Part shown: one piece after another, positions 18,468 through 31,036 of the stretch
Position numbering within the stretch: position 1 is the first letter of the stretch
Layout: each line of letters opens with the position of its first letter
NCBI GenBank assembly: GCA_964516115.1
Contig: CAZEZD010000001.1
Span: 1-51,990, forward strand
Length of the DNA: 51,990 nucleotides
From: an uncultured Hyphomicrobiales bacterium
Lineage (GTDB): Bacteria > Pseudomonadota > Alphaproteobacteria > Rhizobiales > Phreatobacteraceae
Reading direction: 5' to 3'
Translations under genes and position numbers: made by a program
Notes under the pieces: generated by a model
Seen by the model: the letters and a program-made list of their open reading frames with translations, nothing else
Told to the model about the DNA's origin: nothing
The model's database searches: none

Positions 18468-19280
18468 TCAGGCCGCCCGCAGGACGCGCTCGCGCTGGAT
18501 GATCTCGGAGGCCAGCCGCAGATAGGCCTGGCTGCCGACGCATTTCAGGTCGTAGAGCAGCACCGGCTTGCCGTAGCTCGGCGCCTCGGACACCCGGACA
18601 TTACGGGGGATGATGGTCTGGTAGACCTTGTCGCCCATGAACTGGCGCACATCGTCGACCACCTGGGCCGACAGATTGTTTCGTGCATCATACATGGTGA
18701 GGACGATGCCATGGATCGTGAGGCCGGGATTGAGCGTCGTCTTGACCTGCTCGACGGTCTTGATGAGCTGCGACAGGCCCTCAAGCGCGAAGAATTCGCA
18801 CTGCAGTGGCACCAGAATGGCATCTGCGGCCGTCATGGCGTTGATCGTCAGCAGGTTTAGGGAAGGCGGACAGTCGATCAGGACATAGGAGAACGCGCTG
18901 CCGAGAGTCTCGACGGCGCGGCGCAGGCGGTAGGCCCGGTCGCGCTCCGCGGCGATCTCGAGCTCGACGCCGGAGAGATCCATGGTCGACGGCGAGATGG
19001 ACAGGCGCGGAACCGACGTCTCCTGAATCGTTTCGGTCAAGGAATGGTCACCGACCAACACACTGTAGGTCGACCTCTGCCTTGAACGACGGTCAATTCC
19101 GAGCCCGGTGGAGGCATTGCCCTGCGGATCGAGGTCCAGAATGAGAACCTTCTCTCCGATCGCCGCCAGCGCCGTGCCAAGATTGATGGCCGTCGTAGTC
19201 TTGCCGACGCCGCCCTTCTGGTTGGCGAGAGCCAGGACGCGCGGACCCGTCATCGGGGTTGAAGAAGAGAGCAGCGTCAT
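18468..19280 (-). CDS. parA: Chromosome partitioning ATPase ParA/Soj
   Basis: ANQKGGVGKTTT deviant Walker A, DLDPQGNAS, IDCPPSL and IPRNVRVSEAPS. Start could alternatively be 19253. Confidence 0.97.
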   Translation of the reverse strand: MTLLSSSTPMTGPRVLALANQKGGVGKTTTAINLGTALAAIGEKVLILDLDPQGNASTGLGIDRRSRQRSTYSVLVGDHSLTETIQETSVPRLSISPSTMDLSGVELEIAAERDRAYRLRRAVETLGSAFSYVLIDCPPSLNLLTINAMTAADAILVPLQCEFFALEGLSQLIKTVEQVKTTLNPGLTIHGIVLTMYDARNNLSAQVVDDVRQFMGDKVYQTIIPRNVRVSEAPSYGKPVLLYDLKCVGSQAYLRLASEIIQRERVLRAA

Positions 19281-19302
19281 GACCACGTCCATCGCATGAG
19301 GG

Positions 19303-19947
19303 TCAGCCGGCGCGGCGCTCGACCCCCTGGACCACAATGATCCGGCCCCTGGGGTCGGTGACACTCGGCACCGATCTGGGATTGAACTTCCAATATATAG
19401 CGGCGTCAGTCAATTCAGACGCTACATCTTGCCCCTTTGGAAAGATCCCGACCGCTCCACTTTTCAACAGGGGATTGGCGAGGCGGAGCAGATCCTTCAT
19501 CGGCGCGAGAGCGCGGGCGGTGACGATGTCGGCGCTCACCAGATCATGCCCCACCACATCCTCGATCCGGCGCGCCCAGACCCTGGCGGGAACGCGCATC
19601 TGCCGGGCGGCCTCCTGGAGGAAGGCGGACTTGCCGAGCTTGCTCTCGATGCAATGAACCTGCGCCCCCGGAACATCGGCGAGACAGGCCGCGATCACGA
19701 GAGCCGGAAGCCCGCCGCCGGACCCCATATCGACCCAGACCTTGGCCTCAGGCGCGATCCGCACGAGCTGGAGGCTGTCCGTGACATGCCGCTCCCAGAC
19801 CTCGCCGAGCGTATGGGGCGACACCAGATTCTTCACGGGATTCCAGCGCTGCAGCAAAGCCACATGGAGCGCCAGCCGCTCGGCTGTTTCACGTGAAACA
19901 GCGACTCCGGCGCGCTTCGCCGCCATCAGGGCCCGCTCAACGCTCAT
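19303..19947 (-). CDS. rsmG: 16S rRNA m7G527 methyltransferase
   Basis: WN..NLV, RHVTDSLQL, DMGSGGGLP, TARALAP and FPKG. Confidence 0.93.
   Translation of the reverse strand: MSVERALMAAKRAGVAVSRETAERLALHVALLQRWNPVKNLVSPHTLGEVWERHVTDSLQLVRIAPEAKVWVDMGSGGGLPALVIAACLADVPGAQVHCIESKLGKSAFLQEAARQMRVPARVWARRIEDVVGHDLVSADIVTARALAPMKDLLRLANPLLKSGAVGIFPKGQDVASELTDAAIYWKFNPRSVPSVTDPRGRIIVVQGVERRAG
19885..19900. promoter_or_regulatory. parS centromere site, inside rsmG (encodes VSRET)
   Basis: Perfect TGTTTCACGTGAAACA; the palindrome extends to 20 bp (19883-19902). Confidence 0.93.
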
Positions 19948-21815
19948 CAGGCGGCCGAACGCGCGCCGGCGCGGCGCACCCAGACGGCAAGCAGGGTGAG
20001 GGCGGCCGGCGTCATGCCATCCATCCGCGACGCCTGACCGAGGGTCCGCGGCCGGAAGGCCATCAGTTTCGCGCGAATCTCGTTCGACAGGCCGGGTATG
20101 ACCGCGATGTCCAGATCCTCCGGTATGGCCAGACCCTCGTCGCGCTGCTGGGCTGCAATGTCCGCAGACTGGCGATCCAGATAGACAGCGTAGTGAGCAT
20201 CGGTCTCGACCTGCGCGGCCACCAGGTCCGGCACATCCCCGAGTTCCGGCCAGACCCGGCACAGAGCTGCCCAGTCGATGTCCGGGCGGGAGAGAAGCTC
20301 GAAGGCCGATCGGCGCACACCATCCTGGTTCAACGCCAGACCGGCCGCCGCCCCCTGATTCGGGGTGATACGCAAGCCATCGAGCCGGGCACGAACCGCC
20401 TGGAGCGCCGCCATCTTGTGACGGAACCGAATCGACCTCTCGGCGCCGATACAGCCGAGCGCGAGGCCCATCGGGGTCAGGCGCTGGTCAGCGTTGTCGG
20501 CCCGCAAGGCCAAGCGAAACTCCGCCCGCGAGGTGAACATGCGGTAGGGCTCGGTAATACCCCGGGACGTGAGGTCATCGATCATGACGCCCGTGTAGCC
20601 CTCATGGCGACCAATCGTGATTCCCGCACGCCCCGAAGCGCGCAGGGCGGCGTTGAGCCCCGCCAGCAGGCCCTGGGCCGCGGCCTCCTCATAGCCTGTG
20701 GTCCCGTTGATCTGCCCCGCCAGGAACAGACGCCCGGCGCGGCGCGTCTCCAGCGTCGGCTCCAGTTCCCGTGGATCGACGTGGTCGTACTCGATCGCAT
20801 AGCCGAAGCGTCGGACCGCCACCCGCTCGAGACCCGGAATCGAGCGCAGGAAGTCCGTCTGCACGTCCTCAGGCAAGGAGGTCGAGAGCCCGTTTGGATA
20901 GACCGTGGGGTCATCCAGCCCCTCCGGCTCCAGAAAGACCTGGTGCCCATCTCGGTCGCCGAAGCGGACGATCTTGTCCTCGATGGAGGGGCAGTAGCGC
21001 GGCCCCACCCCCTCGATCCGCCCCCCATACATGGCCGAGCGGCCGAGATTGGCGCGGACGATATCGTGTGTCGCCGCCGTCGTCCGGGTAATGCCGCAGG
21101 TGACCTGCGGGTTGGTGATCGCGTCGGTCAGCGTCGAGAATGGTTCCGGATCCGAATCGGCCTCCTGACGCTCGATGGACGACCAGTCGATCGTGGTTCC
21201 GTCCAGACGCGCCGGCGTTCCGGTCTTGAGCCGGCCGAGACCGAAACCGTACCGCGCCAGGCTCTCTGCCAGGCGAATGCTGGCCTCATCGTCGATCCGC
21301 CCCGCCGCCCACTGCTTCTCCCCAAGATGGATGACCCCTCTCAGGAACGTGCCCGTGGTCAGGACGACAGCGCCTGCCTGAAGGTCGCGACCATCGGCGA
21401 GCCGGACACCGCTGACGGCCATCGCATCCCCGAGGAGTTCCACCACTTCGCCTATGACGATGTCGAGACCCGGCTGGGCCGCGAGTGCAGCCTGCATGGC
21501 CGCCGCATAGAGCTTGCGATCCGCCTGCGTCCGGGGTCCGCGCACCGCCGGCCCCTTGCGCCGGTTCAGCACGCGAAACTGGATGCCGGCGGCATCGGCC
21601 ACGCGGCCCATCAATCCGTCGAGTGCATCGATCTCCCGGACCAGATGCCCCTTTCCGAGGCCACCGATCGCCGGATTGCAGGACATGGCGCCGATCGTCT
21701 CAATGCGTTGCGTCACCAGCGCCGAGTGCGCGCCAAGACGTGCGGCAGCGGCCGCAGCCTCGCAGCCCGCGTGACCCCCTCCGACTACGATGACGTCAAA
21801 TACGCTGCGGCCCAT
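19947..21815 (-). CDS. mnmG: tRNA uridine 5-carboxymethylaminomethyl modification enzyme MnmG (GidA)
   Basis: [46 protein letters not shown] and [11 protein letters not shown]. Confidence 0.97.
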   Translation of the reverse strand: MGRSVFDVIVVGGGHAGCEAAAAAARLGAHSALVTQRIETIGAMSCNPAIGGLGKGHLVREIDALDGLMGRVADAAGIQFRVLNRRKGPAVRGPRTQADRKLYAAAMQAALAAQPGLDIVIGEVVELLGDAMAVSGVRLADGRDLQAGAVVLTTGTFLRGVIHLGEKQWAAGRIDDEASIRLAESLARYGFGLGRLKTGTPARLDGTTIDWSSIERQEADSDPEPFSTLTDAITNPQVTCGITRTTAATHDIVRANLGRSAMYGGRIEGVGPRYCPSIEDKIVRFGDRDGHQVFLEPEGLDDPTVYPNGLSTSLPEDVQTDFLRSIPGLERVAVRRFGYAIEYDHVDPRELEPTLETRRAGRLFLAGQINGTTGYEEAAAQGLLAGLNAALRASGRAGITIGRHEGYTGVMIDDLTSRGITEPYRMFTSRAEFRLALRADNADQRLTPMGLALGCIGAERSIRFRHKMAALQAVRARLDGLRITPNQGAAAGLALNQDGVRRSAFELLSRPDIDWAALCRVWPELGDVPDLVAAQVETDAHYAVYLDRQSADIAAQQRDEGLAIPEDLDIAVIPGLSNEIRAKLMAFRPRTLGQASRMDGMTPAALTLLAVWVRRAGARSAA

Positions 21816-21908
21816 GGCGATGCTCACCTCTGCCCCCGTCTGTATCGTCCGACGCCGACGAGGGCAATCGAGGTCGTTGGGTCGCGGTCGTTCCACCGCC
21901 GAATCGAC

Positions 21909-21924
21909 TGTTTCACGTGAAACA
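21909..21924. promoter_or_regulatory. parS centromere site between mnmE and mnmG
   Basis: Perfect TGTTTCACGTGAAACA. Confidence 0.93.
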
Positions 21925-21930
21925 CCGGCC

Positions 21931-23262
21931 CTACTTTCCGATGCAGAAGGTCGAGAACAGTTGATCGAGCATGGCCTCGGACCCGATCCGCCCGCGGCTC
22001 CGACCGAGCGATGCCACCGCGGCCCGTAGGCATTCCGCCACCAGTTCCGCAGACGCCTCCCAATGCGGCATCCCGAGTGCGCCCTCCAGCGCGGACAGGG
22101 CCTCAGCGAAGATGGTCCGGTGCCTCTCATGTACGACCAGGGCCGGTTCCCCGCCAATTCGATCCGCGGCATACGCTGCGAGATCCGCAAGGAAGGCCGC
22201 CATCCCTTCCCCGCTCACAGCCGACAGGCGGTGGCGCGCTCGCTCATCCGCCGGACGACCGCGATCGATCTGGGTCTGGATCCGCCATGTCCCCATATCC
22301 GCTGCGGCCGTGGGCCCGCCGATACCGGCCGGGACCTCGTCCTGCTCCCGCGACAGCCAGAGCGTGAGATCGGCTGAAGCAATCCGCGCCTCGGCGCGGC
22401 GCATGCCCTCCTGCTCGACCGGGTCGGCGCTTTCCCGCAGCCCCGCGGTGTCCACCAGCACCACCGGCACGCCTGCAAGGTCTAGGTGGACCTCGATACT
22501 GTCGCGAGTCGTACCCGGCGTCGGCGACACGATGGCGACATCGCGACGCGCCAGTGCATTGAGCAGCGTCGACTTGCCGGCATTGGGCGGACCGGCAATA
22601 ACCACCGTCACGCCGTCGCGAACCCGTTCGGCCCGCGCCGCGTCCTCGACGAGGTTCCGGATGTCTTTCCGGACCTCTGCCAGGCGGCTGCGTGCTTCGG
22701 CAAGCGTGGCTGACGCCACATCGCCCTCGTCCGGGAAGTCGATCGAGGCCTCGACCATGGCGAGAACCGGCAGGATGGCGTGCTGGAGGCGGTCCGCCTC
22801 GCCGGTCAGCCGCCCGCCGTAAAGCGCGAAGGCTTGCCGCCTCTGCGCCTCCGTCTCGGCCAGCAGCAGATCGGCTAGTCCCTCGATCTCGGCGAGGTCC
22901 ATCCGCCCGTTCTCAAAGGCCCGGCGCGTGAACTCGCCGGCCTCCGCGAGCCGGACACCCTCGACCGACAGGACGGCCCGTAGCACGGCGGCAACGACCG
23001 CCCGGCCGCCATGCACCTGGAGTTCCAGGACATCCTCGCCCGTGAAACTCCTTGGTCCCGGAAACCACAGGATGATCCCGCGATCCAGATAGCCTCCGGT
23101 CGCCGGGTCGCGGATAAGGGCGAGAGCCGCCCGACGGGGAGATGGGACGCGCCCCGCGAGCGCGGTCGCCACATCCCGCGCTCCCGCGCCACTGACACGG
23201 ATGACGGCCACGCCAGCGGTTCCCGGTGCCGTGGAGATGGCGGCGATCGTTCGCGAGTCCAT
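21931..23262 (-). CDS. mnmE: tRNA modification GTPase MnmE (TrmE)
   Basis: [34 protein letters not shown] and C-terminal FCIGK. Confidence 0.97.
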   Translation of the reverse strand: MDSRTIAAISTAPGTAGVAVIRVSGAGARDVATALAGRVPSPRRAALALIRDPATGGYLDRGIILWFPGPRSFTGEDVLELQVHGGRAVVAAVLRAVLSVEGVRLAEAGEFTRRAFENGRMDLAEIEGLADLLLAETEAQRRQAFALYGGRLTGEADRLQHAILPVLAMVEASIDFPDEGDVASATLAEARSRLAEVRKDIRNLVEDAARAERVRDGVTVVIAGPPNAGKSTLLNALARRDVAIVSPTPGTTRDSIEVHLDLAGVPVVLVDTAGLRESADPVEQEGMRRAEARIASADLTLWLSREQDEVPAGIGGPTAAADMGTWRIQTQIDRGRPADERARHRLSAVSGEGMAAFLADLAAYAADRIGGEPALVVHERHRTIFAEALSALEGALGMPHWEASAELVAECLRAAVASLGRSRGRIGSEAMLDQLFSTFCIGK

Positions 23263-23341
23263 GTCCGCCGTTTCGCCTTCGAATCGATCGCGGAGGCGCG
23301 TTTCGTTTCGCCGATGAATCGAATCAGGTGTTCATCGAATC
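23255..23341. promoter_or_regulatory. Cluster of five GANTC sites plus a short direct repeat at the rho-mnmE junction
   Basis: GANTC at 23255, 23281, 23316, 23321 and 23337; CGTTTCGCC-N3-GAATCGA occurs twice. Confidence 0.5.
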
Positions 23342-24589
23342 GAAGAAGTCGCCGTTCACCTTGGTCTGCCGCAGCTTGTCGAGCAGGAACTCGATGGCGT
23401 CGACCGTCCCCATCGGATTGAGGATGCGGCGCAGGACATACATCTTCTTGAGAATGTCAGGCGCGACCAGCAGCTCTTCCTTGCGGGTGCCGGAGCGGGT
23501 GATGTCGATCGCCGGGAAGGTCCGCTTGTCCGCCACCTTGCGGTCGAGAATGATCTCGGAGTTGCCGGTTCCCTTGAACTCCTCGAAAATCACCTCGTCC
23601 ATGCGGCTGCCGGTATCGATGAGGGCGGTGGCGATAATCGTCAGGGAGCCGCCCTCCTCGATATTGCGCGCGGCGCCGAAGAAGCGCTTCGGCCGCTGCA
23701 GGGCATTGGCGTCGACGCCGCCGGTGAGCACCTTGCCGGAAGACGGCACCACCGTGTTGTAGGCGCGGCCGAGGCGGGTGATCGAATCGAGCAGGATGAC
23801 GACGTCACGGCCGTGCTCCACCAGCCTCTTGGCCTTCTCGATGACCATCTCGGCCACCTGAACATGGCGCGTCGCCGGCTCGTCGAAGGTCGAGGAAATG
23901 ACCTCGCCGTTCACCGATCGCTGCATGTCCGTGACCTCCTCGGGCCGCTCATCGATCAGCAGAACGATGAGGTAGCACTCGGGGTGATTGTGGGTGATCG
24001 ATTGCGCGATGTTCTGCAGAAGGACGGTCTTGCCGGTACGCGGCGGCGCGACGATGAGCGCACGCTGGCCTTTGCCGAGCGGCACCACGACGTCCATGAT
24101 GCGCGCCGAATAGTCCTTCTTCGTGGGGTCCTCGACCTCCATTCGCAACCGCTGATTCGGGTAAAGCGGCGTCAGATTGTCGAAATTGACCTTGTGCCGG
24201 GCCTTTTCAGGCTCCTCGAAGTTGATCCGGTTGACCTTGAGCAGAGCGAAATAACGCTCGCCCTCCTTCGGGGAGCGAATCTCGCCCTCGACCGTATCGC
24301 CCGTCCGAAGGCCGAAACGGCGGATCTGCGACGGAGACACATAGATGTCGTCCGGTCCGGCCAGATAATTCGCGTCGGGCGCGCGCAGGTAGCCGAAGCC
24401 ATCCTGGAGGACCTCGACGACGCCCTCGCCGATGATATCGATATCCTGCGACGCCAGCTGCTTGAGGCAGGCGAACATCAGTTCCTGCTTGCGCAGCGTC
24501 GAGGCGTTCTCGACCTGCAACTCCTCGGCGAACGCCAGCAGCTCGGTCGGGGATTTCGACTTGATGTCCTGAAGTTTGATCTGCTGCAT
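23324..24589 (-). CDS. rho: Transcription termination factor Rho
   Basis: [39 protein letters not shown] and FEEFKGTGN. Confidence 0.99.
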   Translation of the reverse strand: MQQIKLQDIKSKSPTELLAFAEELQVENASTLRKQELMFACLKQLASQDIDIIGEGVVEVLQDGFGYLRAPDANYLAGPDDIYVSPSQIRRFGLRTGDTVEGEIRSPKEGERYFALLKVNRINFEEPEKARHKVNFDNLTPLYPNQRLRMEVEDPTKKDYSARIMDVVVPLGKGQRALIVAPPRTGKTVLLQNIAQSITHNHPECYLIVLLIDERPEEVTDMQRSVNGEVISSTFDEPATRHVQVAEMVIEKAKRLVEHGRDVVILLDSITRLGRAYNTVVPSSGKVLTGGVDANALQRPKRFFGAARNIEEGGSLTIIATALIDTGSRMDEVIFEEFKGTGNSEIILDRKVADKRTFPAIDITRSGTRKEELLVAPDILKKMYVLRRILNPMGTVDAIEFLLDKLRQTKVNGDFFDSMNT

Positions 24590-24832
24590 CGGAACCACGC
24601 GATGATGGGACGGCCGAAGGCTCGGTACGACAACGAGTCCGGGCCTGAGCAAGGAGAGACGTGAAATCGCAGATCACTGTCGACAAGGGCCAACGGGACC
24701 CTTGTCCGGGTTCCCGGCAGGACTGGCGAGTGTGCCGTCTCTCCGGTCCCTGTCTGCGTTGAGGAGGGAGTTACCGAATAAGCCCGCAGCCGCCCGATTG
24801 CAAGTCCCGCCGGCGGAAGCTGCCGCCCGTCG

Positions 24833-25344
24833 TCAGAAGGGCTTTACGATGACGAGGATGACGACGATCACCATGATCGCGGTCGGGACCTCGTTCATGA
24901 CCCGCCAATAGGTCTGCGAGCGGGTGTTGCGATCCTCGGCAAAGGCCCGCACGGACGCGCTGAACATGCCGTGCACCGCCGAGAGGGCGAGAACGAGGGC
25001 GAGCTTGCCGTGCAACCACCCGCCCTGGAACCGGAAGACCACCCAGGCGAGCCAGAGACCCGCCACCCAGCTGACGATCATCGCCGGATTGATGATGTAT
25101 TCCAGCAGCCGCCGCTCCATCACCTTGAACGTCTCGGAGGTTTCTGATCCCGGCGTCGTCGCGCAGTGATAGATGAACAGACGCGGCAGATAGAGCATTC
25201 CGGCCATCCATGAGATGACGGCGATGACGTGAAGCGACTTGATCCATGCAGCAGCGGCTACCGGGGCGAAATATCCCAGCGTCATCACGCCCACGAGCGT
25301 GACACCGACCGCGGAGATGGCCCTGATCGCCCGCTGCTGTCCCG

Positions 25345-25348
<4 letters not shown>
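24833..25348 (-). CDS. hemJ: Protoporphyrinogen oxidase HemJ
   Basis: [38 protein letters not shown] and C-terminal VKPF. Confidence 0.95.
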
Positions 25349-26382
<1,034 letters not shown>

Positions 26383-26409
26383 GACTGGTCCCCGCACCTC
26401 TCCTTCCAT

Positions 26410-26750
26410 CCAATCTTGATGAGAGAGAGTCTTCTTTGATTCCTGGAGGGGGGCATTAGGCGAAGACAGGATCATGCACAAGTTGTCCACCTTTCGGGGT
26501 CCGTCGGCAATGACGCCGCTCCAGCTCGCTGCCCCACGGTTAGCGCCTTGTAATCGCTACCGCATCCTGCTGTCGGCAGCACGGACCTGACCTCATCCGC
26601 GATGACCTGTCCCGGGCGGTGGACGAAATCTCCCCAGACGATCAAGCTGGGGACAGATCGGGGACGCTACACCGTGAACCCCTTGCGATCGGGCGCCGAC
26701 CGTGGCCTTGTCCGTGCTTGTCCACATGTCCGACCGGCCTTATGCAGAGC
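26410..26750. other. Putative chromosomal replication origin (oriC)
   Basis: Divergent hemE/PDRP intergenic region, the established oriC position in many Alphaproteobacteria. DnaA-box-like TCATGCACA (26472-80), TTGTCCACC (26483-91) and TTGTCCACA (26718-26), weak TCCCCA-type boxes, GANTC at 26427 and 26438 in a locally AT-richer patch. Flanking genes point away from it and parABS is nearby. Confidence 0.8.
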
Positions 26751-26752
26751 CC

Positions 26753-27604
26753 ATGCCGCATCGCCGCGAGAGCTATTTTCACCTTCATCTTGTGTCGGAC
26801 GCCACCGGCGAGACCCTGATGACCGTCGGCCGCGCCGCAGCGGTACAGTATGCATCCGTCTCCGCCATCGAGCACGTCTATCCGCTGGTCCGCTCGCAGA
26901 AGCAGCTCGACAGGGTCCTCGCCGAGATCGAGGCCAATCCGGGCATCGTGCTCTACACGCTCGTCGACAAGGAACTCACCGACAGGCTGAACGACAAGTG
27001 CAAGGAGCTGGGGTCTCCCAGCCTTTCGGTCCTCGAGCCTATACTCGCGATGTTCCAGAACTATCTCGGTGCCGCGTCGACGCCGCGGGTCGGTGCCCAG
27101 CACGTTCTCAACGCCGAATATTTCAAGCGGATCGACGCGCTGAACTACACGATGATGCACGACGACGGCCAGCTTCCAGAGAACTGGGAGGAGGCTGACG
27201 TTCTGCTCGTGGGCGTGTCGCGCACGTCCAAGACCCCGACATCCATCTACCTCGCCAATCGCGGCGTGAAGGCGGCCAATATTCCGCTCGTTCCCGGCAT
27301 TCCGCTCCCCGATGCCATCTGGGCGCTGCAGAAGCCGCTCATCATCGGCCTCTATGCCAGTCCCGAACGCATCGTCCAGATTCGCGAGAACCGGATCCTC
27401 GCGCTCAACGCCACACAGGACAAGTCGAGCTATGTCGACCGGGCGGCCGTAACGGAAGAGATCGCCCAGTCCCGCCGCCTGTTCGGCTCCAACAACTGGC
27501 CGATCATCGACGTGACGCGGCGGTCCATCGAGGAAACCGCCGCCGGCATCATCTCGCTGCTCAAGGACCACCGCCGCATGCTGGCTGCGAAGGAAACGGC
27601 GTGA
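26753..27604 (+). CDS. Pyruvate, water dikinase regulatory protein (PDRP/PSRP, DUF299)
   Basis: [32 protein letters not shown] and [13 protein letters not shown]. Confidence 0.95.
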   Translation: MPHRRESYFHLHLVSDATGETLMTVGRAAAVQYASVSAIEHVYPLVRSQKQLDRVLAEIEANPGIVLYTLVDKELTDRLNDKCKELGSPSLSVLEPILAMFQNYLGAASTPRVGAQHVLNAEYFKRIDALNYTMMHDDGQLPENWEEADVLLVGVSRTSKTPTSIYLANRGVKAANIPLVPGIPLPDAIWALQKPLIIGLYASPERIVQIRENRILALNATQDKSSYVDRAAVTEEIAQSRRLFGSNNWPIIDVTRRSIEETAAGIISLLKDHRRMLAAKETA

Positions 27605-28197
27605 CGGATCTTGTCCTGGCGTCGAAATCGGCCGCGCGGGCAACCATGCTTCACGGCGCGGGCCTCGCCGTGCGTCTGGTGCCGGCAGAGGTCGACGAGC
27701 GCAAGCTGGACGAGGCCTGGACCGCCGGGGGCTGTCCGCCTGCGGAGATCGCGCGGCGCCTCGCCGAGGCCAAGGCTGTCGCGGTCAGCCGCCTGCATCC
27801 TCATGCCGTCGTCATCGGCGCCGACCAGACGCTGGCGCTCGGCGCGCGCCGATTTTCCAAGGCGGTCTCGCTGACCGAGGCCCGCGCCAATCTCGCAGTG
27901 CTCAGGGGACAGACCCATCAGCTGCATTCCGGTGTCGCCCTTGCCCGGGCCGGTGAGACGCTGTTTACCGATGTCGCAACCGCCGACATGACGATGCGCG
28001 CCTTTTCGGACGCTTTCCTCGACGCCTATCTCGCAGGGGTCGGCGACCGTATCCTCTCCTCCGTCGGCTGCTACCAGTTCGAATCGGCGGGCATCCAGCT
28101 CTTCGAGCGGATCGACGGCGACTATTTCACTATCCTCGGTATGCCGCTGCTGCCGCTTCTCGCTGCGCTGCGCCGCGCGGGGCTGATCGCGTCATGA
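27601..28197 (+). CDS. maf: Maf-family nucleoside triphosphate pyrophosphatase
   Basis: VLASKS..R, VDER, LAEAKA, IGADQTL and [11 protein letters not shown]. Confidence 0.93.
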   Translation: MTDLVLASKSAARATMLHGAGLAVRLVPAEVDERKLDEAWTAGGCPPAEIARRLAEAKAVAVSRLHPHAVVIGADQTLALGARRFSKAVSLTEARANLAVLRGQTHQLHSGVALARAGETLFTDVATADMTMRAFSDAFLDAYLAGVGDRILSSVGCYQFESAGIQLFERIDGDYFTILGMPLLPLLAALRRAGLIAS

Positions 28198-29024
28198 TCC
28201 GCGCGTGCTGCATCGGCTGGCCCATTCATCACGTCCGCTCGCCGCTAATCCACGGGTTCTGGCTGAAAAAATACGGGATCGACGGCGAATATACCCGTGA
28301 AGCCGTCGAACCCGGCAGCGCGGCGGAGTTCCTGCGGTCGCTCGATGACCGCGGCTTCGCGGGTTGCAACGTCACAATCCCCCACAAGGAGGCGGCTTTC
28401 GCCGCCATGGACGACGTCGATCCCGGCGCTGTCGCCGTCGGCGCCGTCAACACGGTCTGGCTCGACGGCGGTCGCCTGATCGGCATGAATTCGGACGTGA
28501 CCGGCTTCCTGCGCAACCTTGACGACCAGGTGCCAGGATGGGATGGCGCGGTCGGCCATGCCGTGGTGCTGGGAGCGGGGGGCGCTGCGCGCGGCATTGT
28601 TCACGGACTTCTGTCCCGCGGCGCCGGGATCGTCACGCTGGCGAATCGATCGCAAGCCAAGGCCGAAGCCATTGCCGCCGGCAATCCCCGCCGCCTCCGC
28701 GTCGCAGCCTGGGACGATCTTGCCACAATCCTCCCTGACGCCGATCTTCTGGTGAACACGACCTCGCTCGGCATGAGCGGACAGCCGCCTCTAGTTCTGC
28801 CGCTGGACACCCTCAAGTCCTCGGCCATCGTCTCCGACATCGTTTACGTGCCCCTGACGACGCCGCTGCTCGCGAATGCCGCCTTGCGGGGACATCGCAC
28901 GGCGGAGGGGCTCGGAATGCTGCTGCACCAGGCGGTGCCGGGCTTCCAGAAGTGGTTTGGCGTGACGCCGGAGGTGACGGCGGAGCTCCACGACCTGCTC
29001 GCCGCCGATGTCCGGGGTCACTGA
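28194..29024 (+). CDS. aroE: Shikimate dehydrogenase
   Basis: [36 protein letters not shown] and GLGMLLHQA. Confidence 0.95.
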   Translation: MIRACCIGWPIHHVRSPLIHGFWLKKYGIDGEYTREAVEPGSAAEFLRSLDDRGFAGCNVTIPHKEAAFAAMDDVDPGAVAVGAVNTVWLDGGRLIGMNSDVTGFLRNLDDQVPGWDGAVGHAVVLGAGGAARGIVHGLLSRGAGIVTLANRSQAKAEAIAAGNPRRLRVAAWDDLATILPDADLLVNTTSLGMSGQPPLVLPLDTLKSSAIVSDIVYVPLTTPLLANAALRGHRTAEGLGMLLHQAVPGFQKWFGVTPEVTAELHDLLAADVRGH

Positions 29025-29025
29025 C

Positions 29026-29622
29026 ATGTTCGTTCTCGGCCTCACCGGATCGATCGGCATGGGCAAGTCGACCACCTCAGCCTTCTTTCGCGAGGCGGGC
29101 ATCCCGGTTCATGATGCCGATGCGGCCGTGCATCGCCTCTATGCGGGTGCGGCGGTCGCCCCCATCGAGGCATCCTTTCCGGGCACCGCTGTCGATGGCA
29201 AGATCGATCGGACCAAATTGGCCGCTGTCGTCCTGAAAGACGGTGTCGCGATGAAGCGCCTCGAGGCCATCGTCCACCCTCTCGTCGGCGAGGCCGAGCG
29301 GCAGTTTCGCGACGGCGCGCGGACGCGCGGCTGTTCGCTGGTCGTCCTCGACATCCCTCTGCTGCTCGAGACTGGTGGGGAGAGGCGGGTGGACGCCGTC
29401 GCCGTCGTCTCGGCGCCGGCGGAGGTCCAGCGCGCGCGCGTGCTGGCGCGTCCCGGCATGGACGCCGACAAGTTCGCGGCCATTCTCGCCCGCCAGGTCC
29501 CCGATGCGGAGAAGCGACGCCGCGCTCATTTCGTGATCGAATCGGGTTTCGGCCTGGAATCAGCCGGTCGCCAGGTGTCGGACATCATCCGGGCGCTCGC
29601 CGGAAGCCGCAGGAGCCACTAA
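29026..29622 (+). CDS. coaE: Dephospho-CoA kinase
   Basis: [28 protein letters not shown] and DIPLLLE. Confidence 0.96.
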   Translation: MFVLGLTGSIGMGKSTTSAFFREAGIPVHDADAAVHRLYAGAAVAPIEASFPGTAVDGKIDRTKLAAVVLKDGVAMKRLEAIVHPLVGEAERQFRDGARTRGCSLVVLDIPLLLETGGERRVDAVAVVSAPAEVQRARVLARPGMDADKFAAILARQVPDAEKRRRAHFVIESGFGLESAGRQVSDIIRALAGSRRSH

Positions 29623-30338
29623 TGCGCGAGATCATTCTCGACACCGAAACGACCGGTCTCGACCCGCTCCGCGGCGATCGCCTTGTCGAGATCGGCGGCA
29701 TCGAGCTGGTCAATCATTTCCCCACCGGGCGGACCTACCACGTCTATCTCAACCCCGAGCGCGACATGCCGGAGGAGGCCTTCAGGGTCCACGGGCTTTC
29801 CGCCGAGTTTCTGTCCGACAAGCCCCCTTTCGCCGATCTCGTGGACGAGTTCTGGGGTTTCATCGACGGTGCCAAGCTGGTCATCCACAATGCCTCCTTC
29901 GACATGGGCTTCATCAATGCCGAGCTGAAGCGGGTCGGTCGCGCGCCGTTCCCCGGCGACCTCGTCGTCGATACGCTCAGCATGGCGCGGCGTCGGTTTC
30001 CCGGCGCGGCGGCCAGCCTCGACGCCCTCTGTTCGCGCTTCGGCATCGACAATTCCCGCCGCACCCGGCACGGCGCCCTTCTCGACGCCGAACTCCTCGC
30101 TGACGTCTATATCGAGTTGATCGGCGGGCGGCAGGCGACCTTCGGGCTCGCCGAGGCCAATCGCGGGGCCAGGCGTTCCGCTGAAGGCCGGCAGACAGTG
30201 GGCCAGCGTCCCGTTCCTCTGTCGCCGCGCCTGAGCGAGGCCGAGATCCTCGCCCACCAGGCCTTCATCCGCGAGCTCGGCGAGAAGGCGATCTGGTTCG
30301 ACCTCATCCCCGGGCCGCCGGCGATGACGCCTCCTTGA
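29622..30338 (+). CDS. dnaQ: DNA polymerase III subunit epsilon
   Basis: Exo I LDTETTG, Exo [11 protein letters not shown] and Exo III HGALLDA. Confidence 0.96.
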   Translation: MREIILDTETTGLDPLRGDRLVEIGGIELVNHFPTGRTYHVYLNPERDMPEEAFRVHGLSAEFLSDKPPFADLVDEFWGFIDGAKLVIHNASFDMGFINAELKRVGRAPFPGDLVVDTLSMARRRFPGAAASLDALCSRFGIDNSRRTRHGALLDAELLADVYIELIGGRQATFGLAEANRGARRSAEGRQTVGQRPVPLSPRLSEAEILAHQAFIRELGEKAIWFDLIPGPPAMTPP

Positions 30339-30415
30339 CCCTCCGGTAACATGCCGATACGAATGACCGCTTCGTGACAGGGCTCGTGGGGAGCTCCTTT
30401 TCATCGGACCGATGA

Positions 30416-31030
30416 ATGGTCGATCAGACACCCATGAGTCGTACAGCCGCGCTCCGGCGACCGGAAAAGCGGCATGACGACGAAGCCCGGTTCCTGAAGA
30501 ACTGGTTCAAGAACCCTCTGCGCATGGGCGCGGTCGCGCCGTCAGGACCGGTGCTGGCCCGCCGCATGGCGAGCTATGTCGATCCGGCTGGAACCGGCCC
30601 GGTGATCGAGCTCGGTCCGGGGACGGGCGCCATCACCGCCGCCCTCGTCACCCGGGGCGTCGATCCCCGCCGGCTCGTCCTGGTCGAATATTCCGTCGAT
30701 TTCTGCCGCCTGCTGCGCGAGCGCTTTCCCACGGCGACGGTGGTGCATGGCGATGCCTATGCGCTGAACCGCACCTTGTCCGGGCGTCTGTCGGAGCCAG
30801 CCGACGCGCTGGTCTCGGGACTGCCGCTGATGACGCGCCCCGAACCGATCCGCCTGAAGCTGCTCAACGACGCGCTCGCCCTGATGAAGCCGGGCGCCCC
30901 CTTCGTGCAGTTCACCTATTCGGTCACCTCGCCCATCCCGATGAAGTCCAGCACCTTCACGGCCGAGCCCTCGGAGCGGATCTGGCGCAACATCCCGCCG
31001 GCGCGGGTCTGGGTCTATCGCCGCGCCTGA
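30416..31030 (+). CDS. pmtA: Phospholipid N-methyltransferase (rhizobial PmtA type)
   Basis: GAVAPSG..LAR.MA, VIELGPGTG (SAM motif), VSGLPL, FVQFTY and RNIPPARVWVY. Confidence 0.8.
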   Translation: MVDQTPMSRTAALRRPEKRHDDEARFLKNWFKNPLRMGAVAPSGPVLARRMASYVDPAGTGPVIELGPGTGAITAALVTRGVDPRRLVLVEYSVDFCRLLRERFPTATVVHGDAYALNRTLSGRLSEPADALVSGLPLMTRPEPIRLKLLNDALALMKPGAPFVQFTYSVTSPIPMKSSTFTAEPSERIWRNIPPARVWVYRRA

Positions 31031-31036
31031 GCGCGC

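Noticed and set aside
24655-24670. Additional parS upstream of rho
   Set aside because: Only the ACGTGAAA half matches; no palindrome.
26539-26554. CtrA box in the putative origin
   Set aside because: TTAG-N6-GTAA has mismatches in both halves and the wrong spacing.
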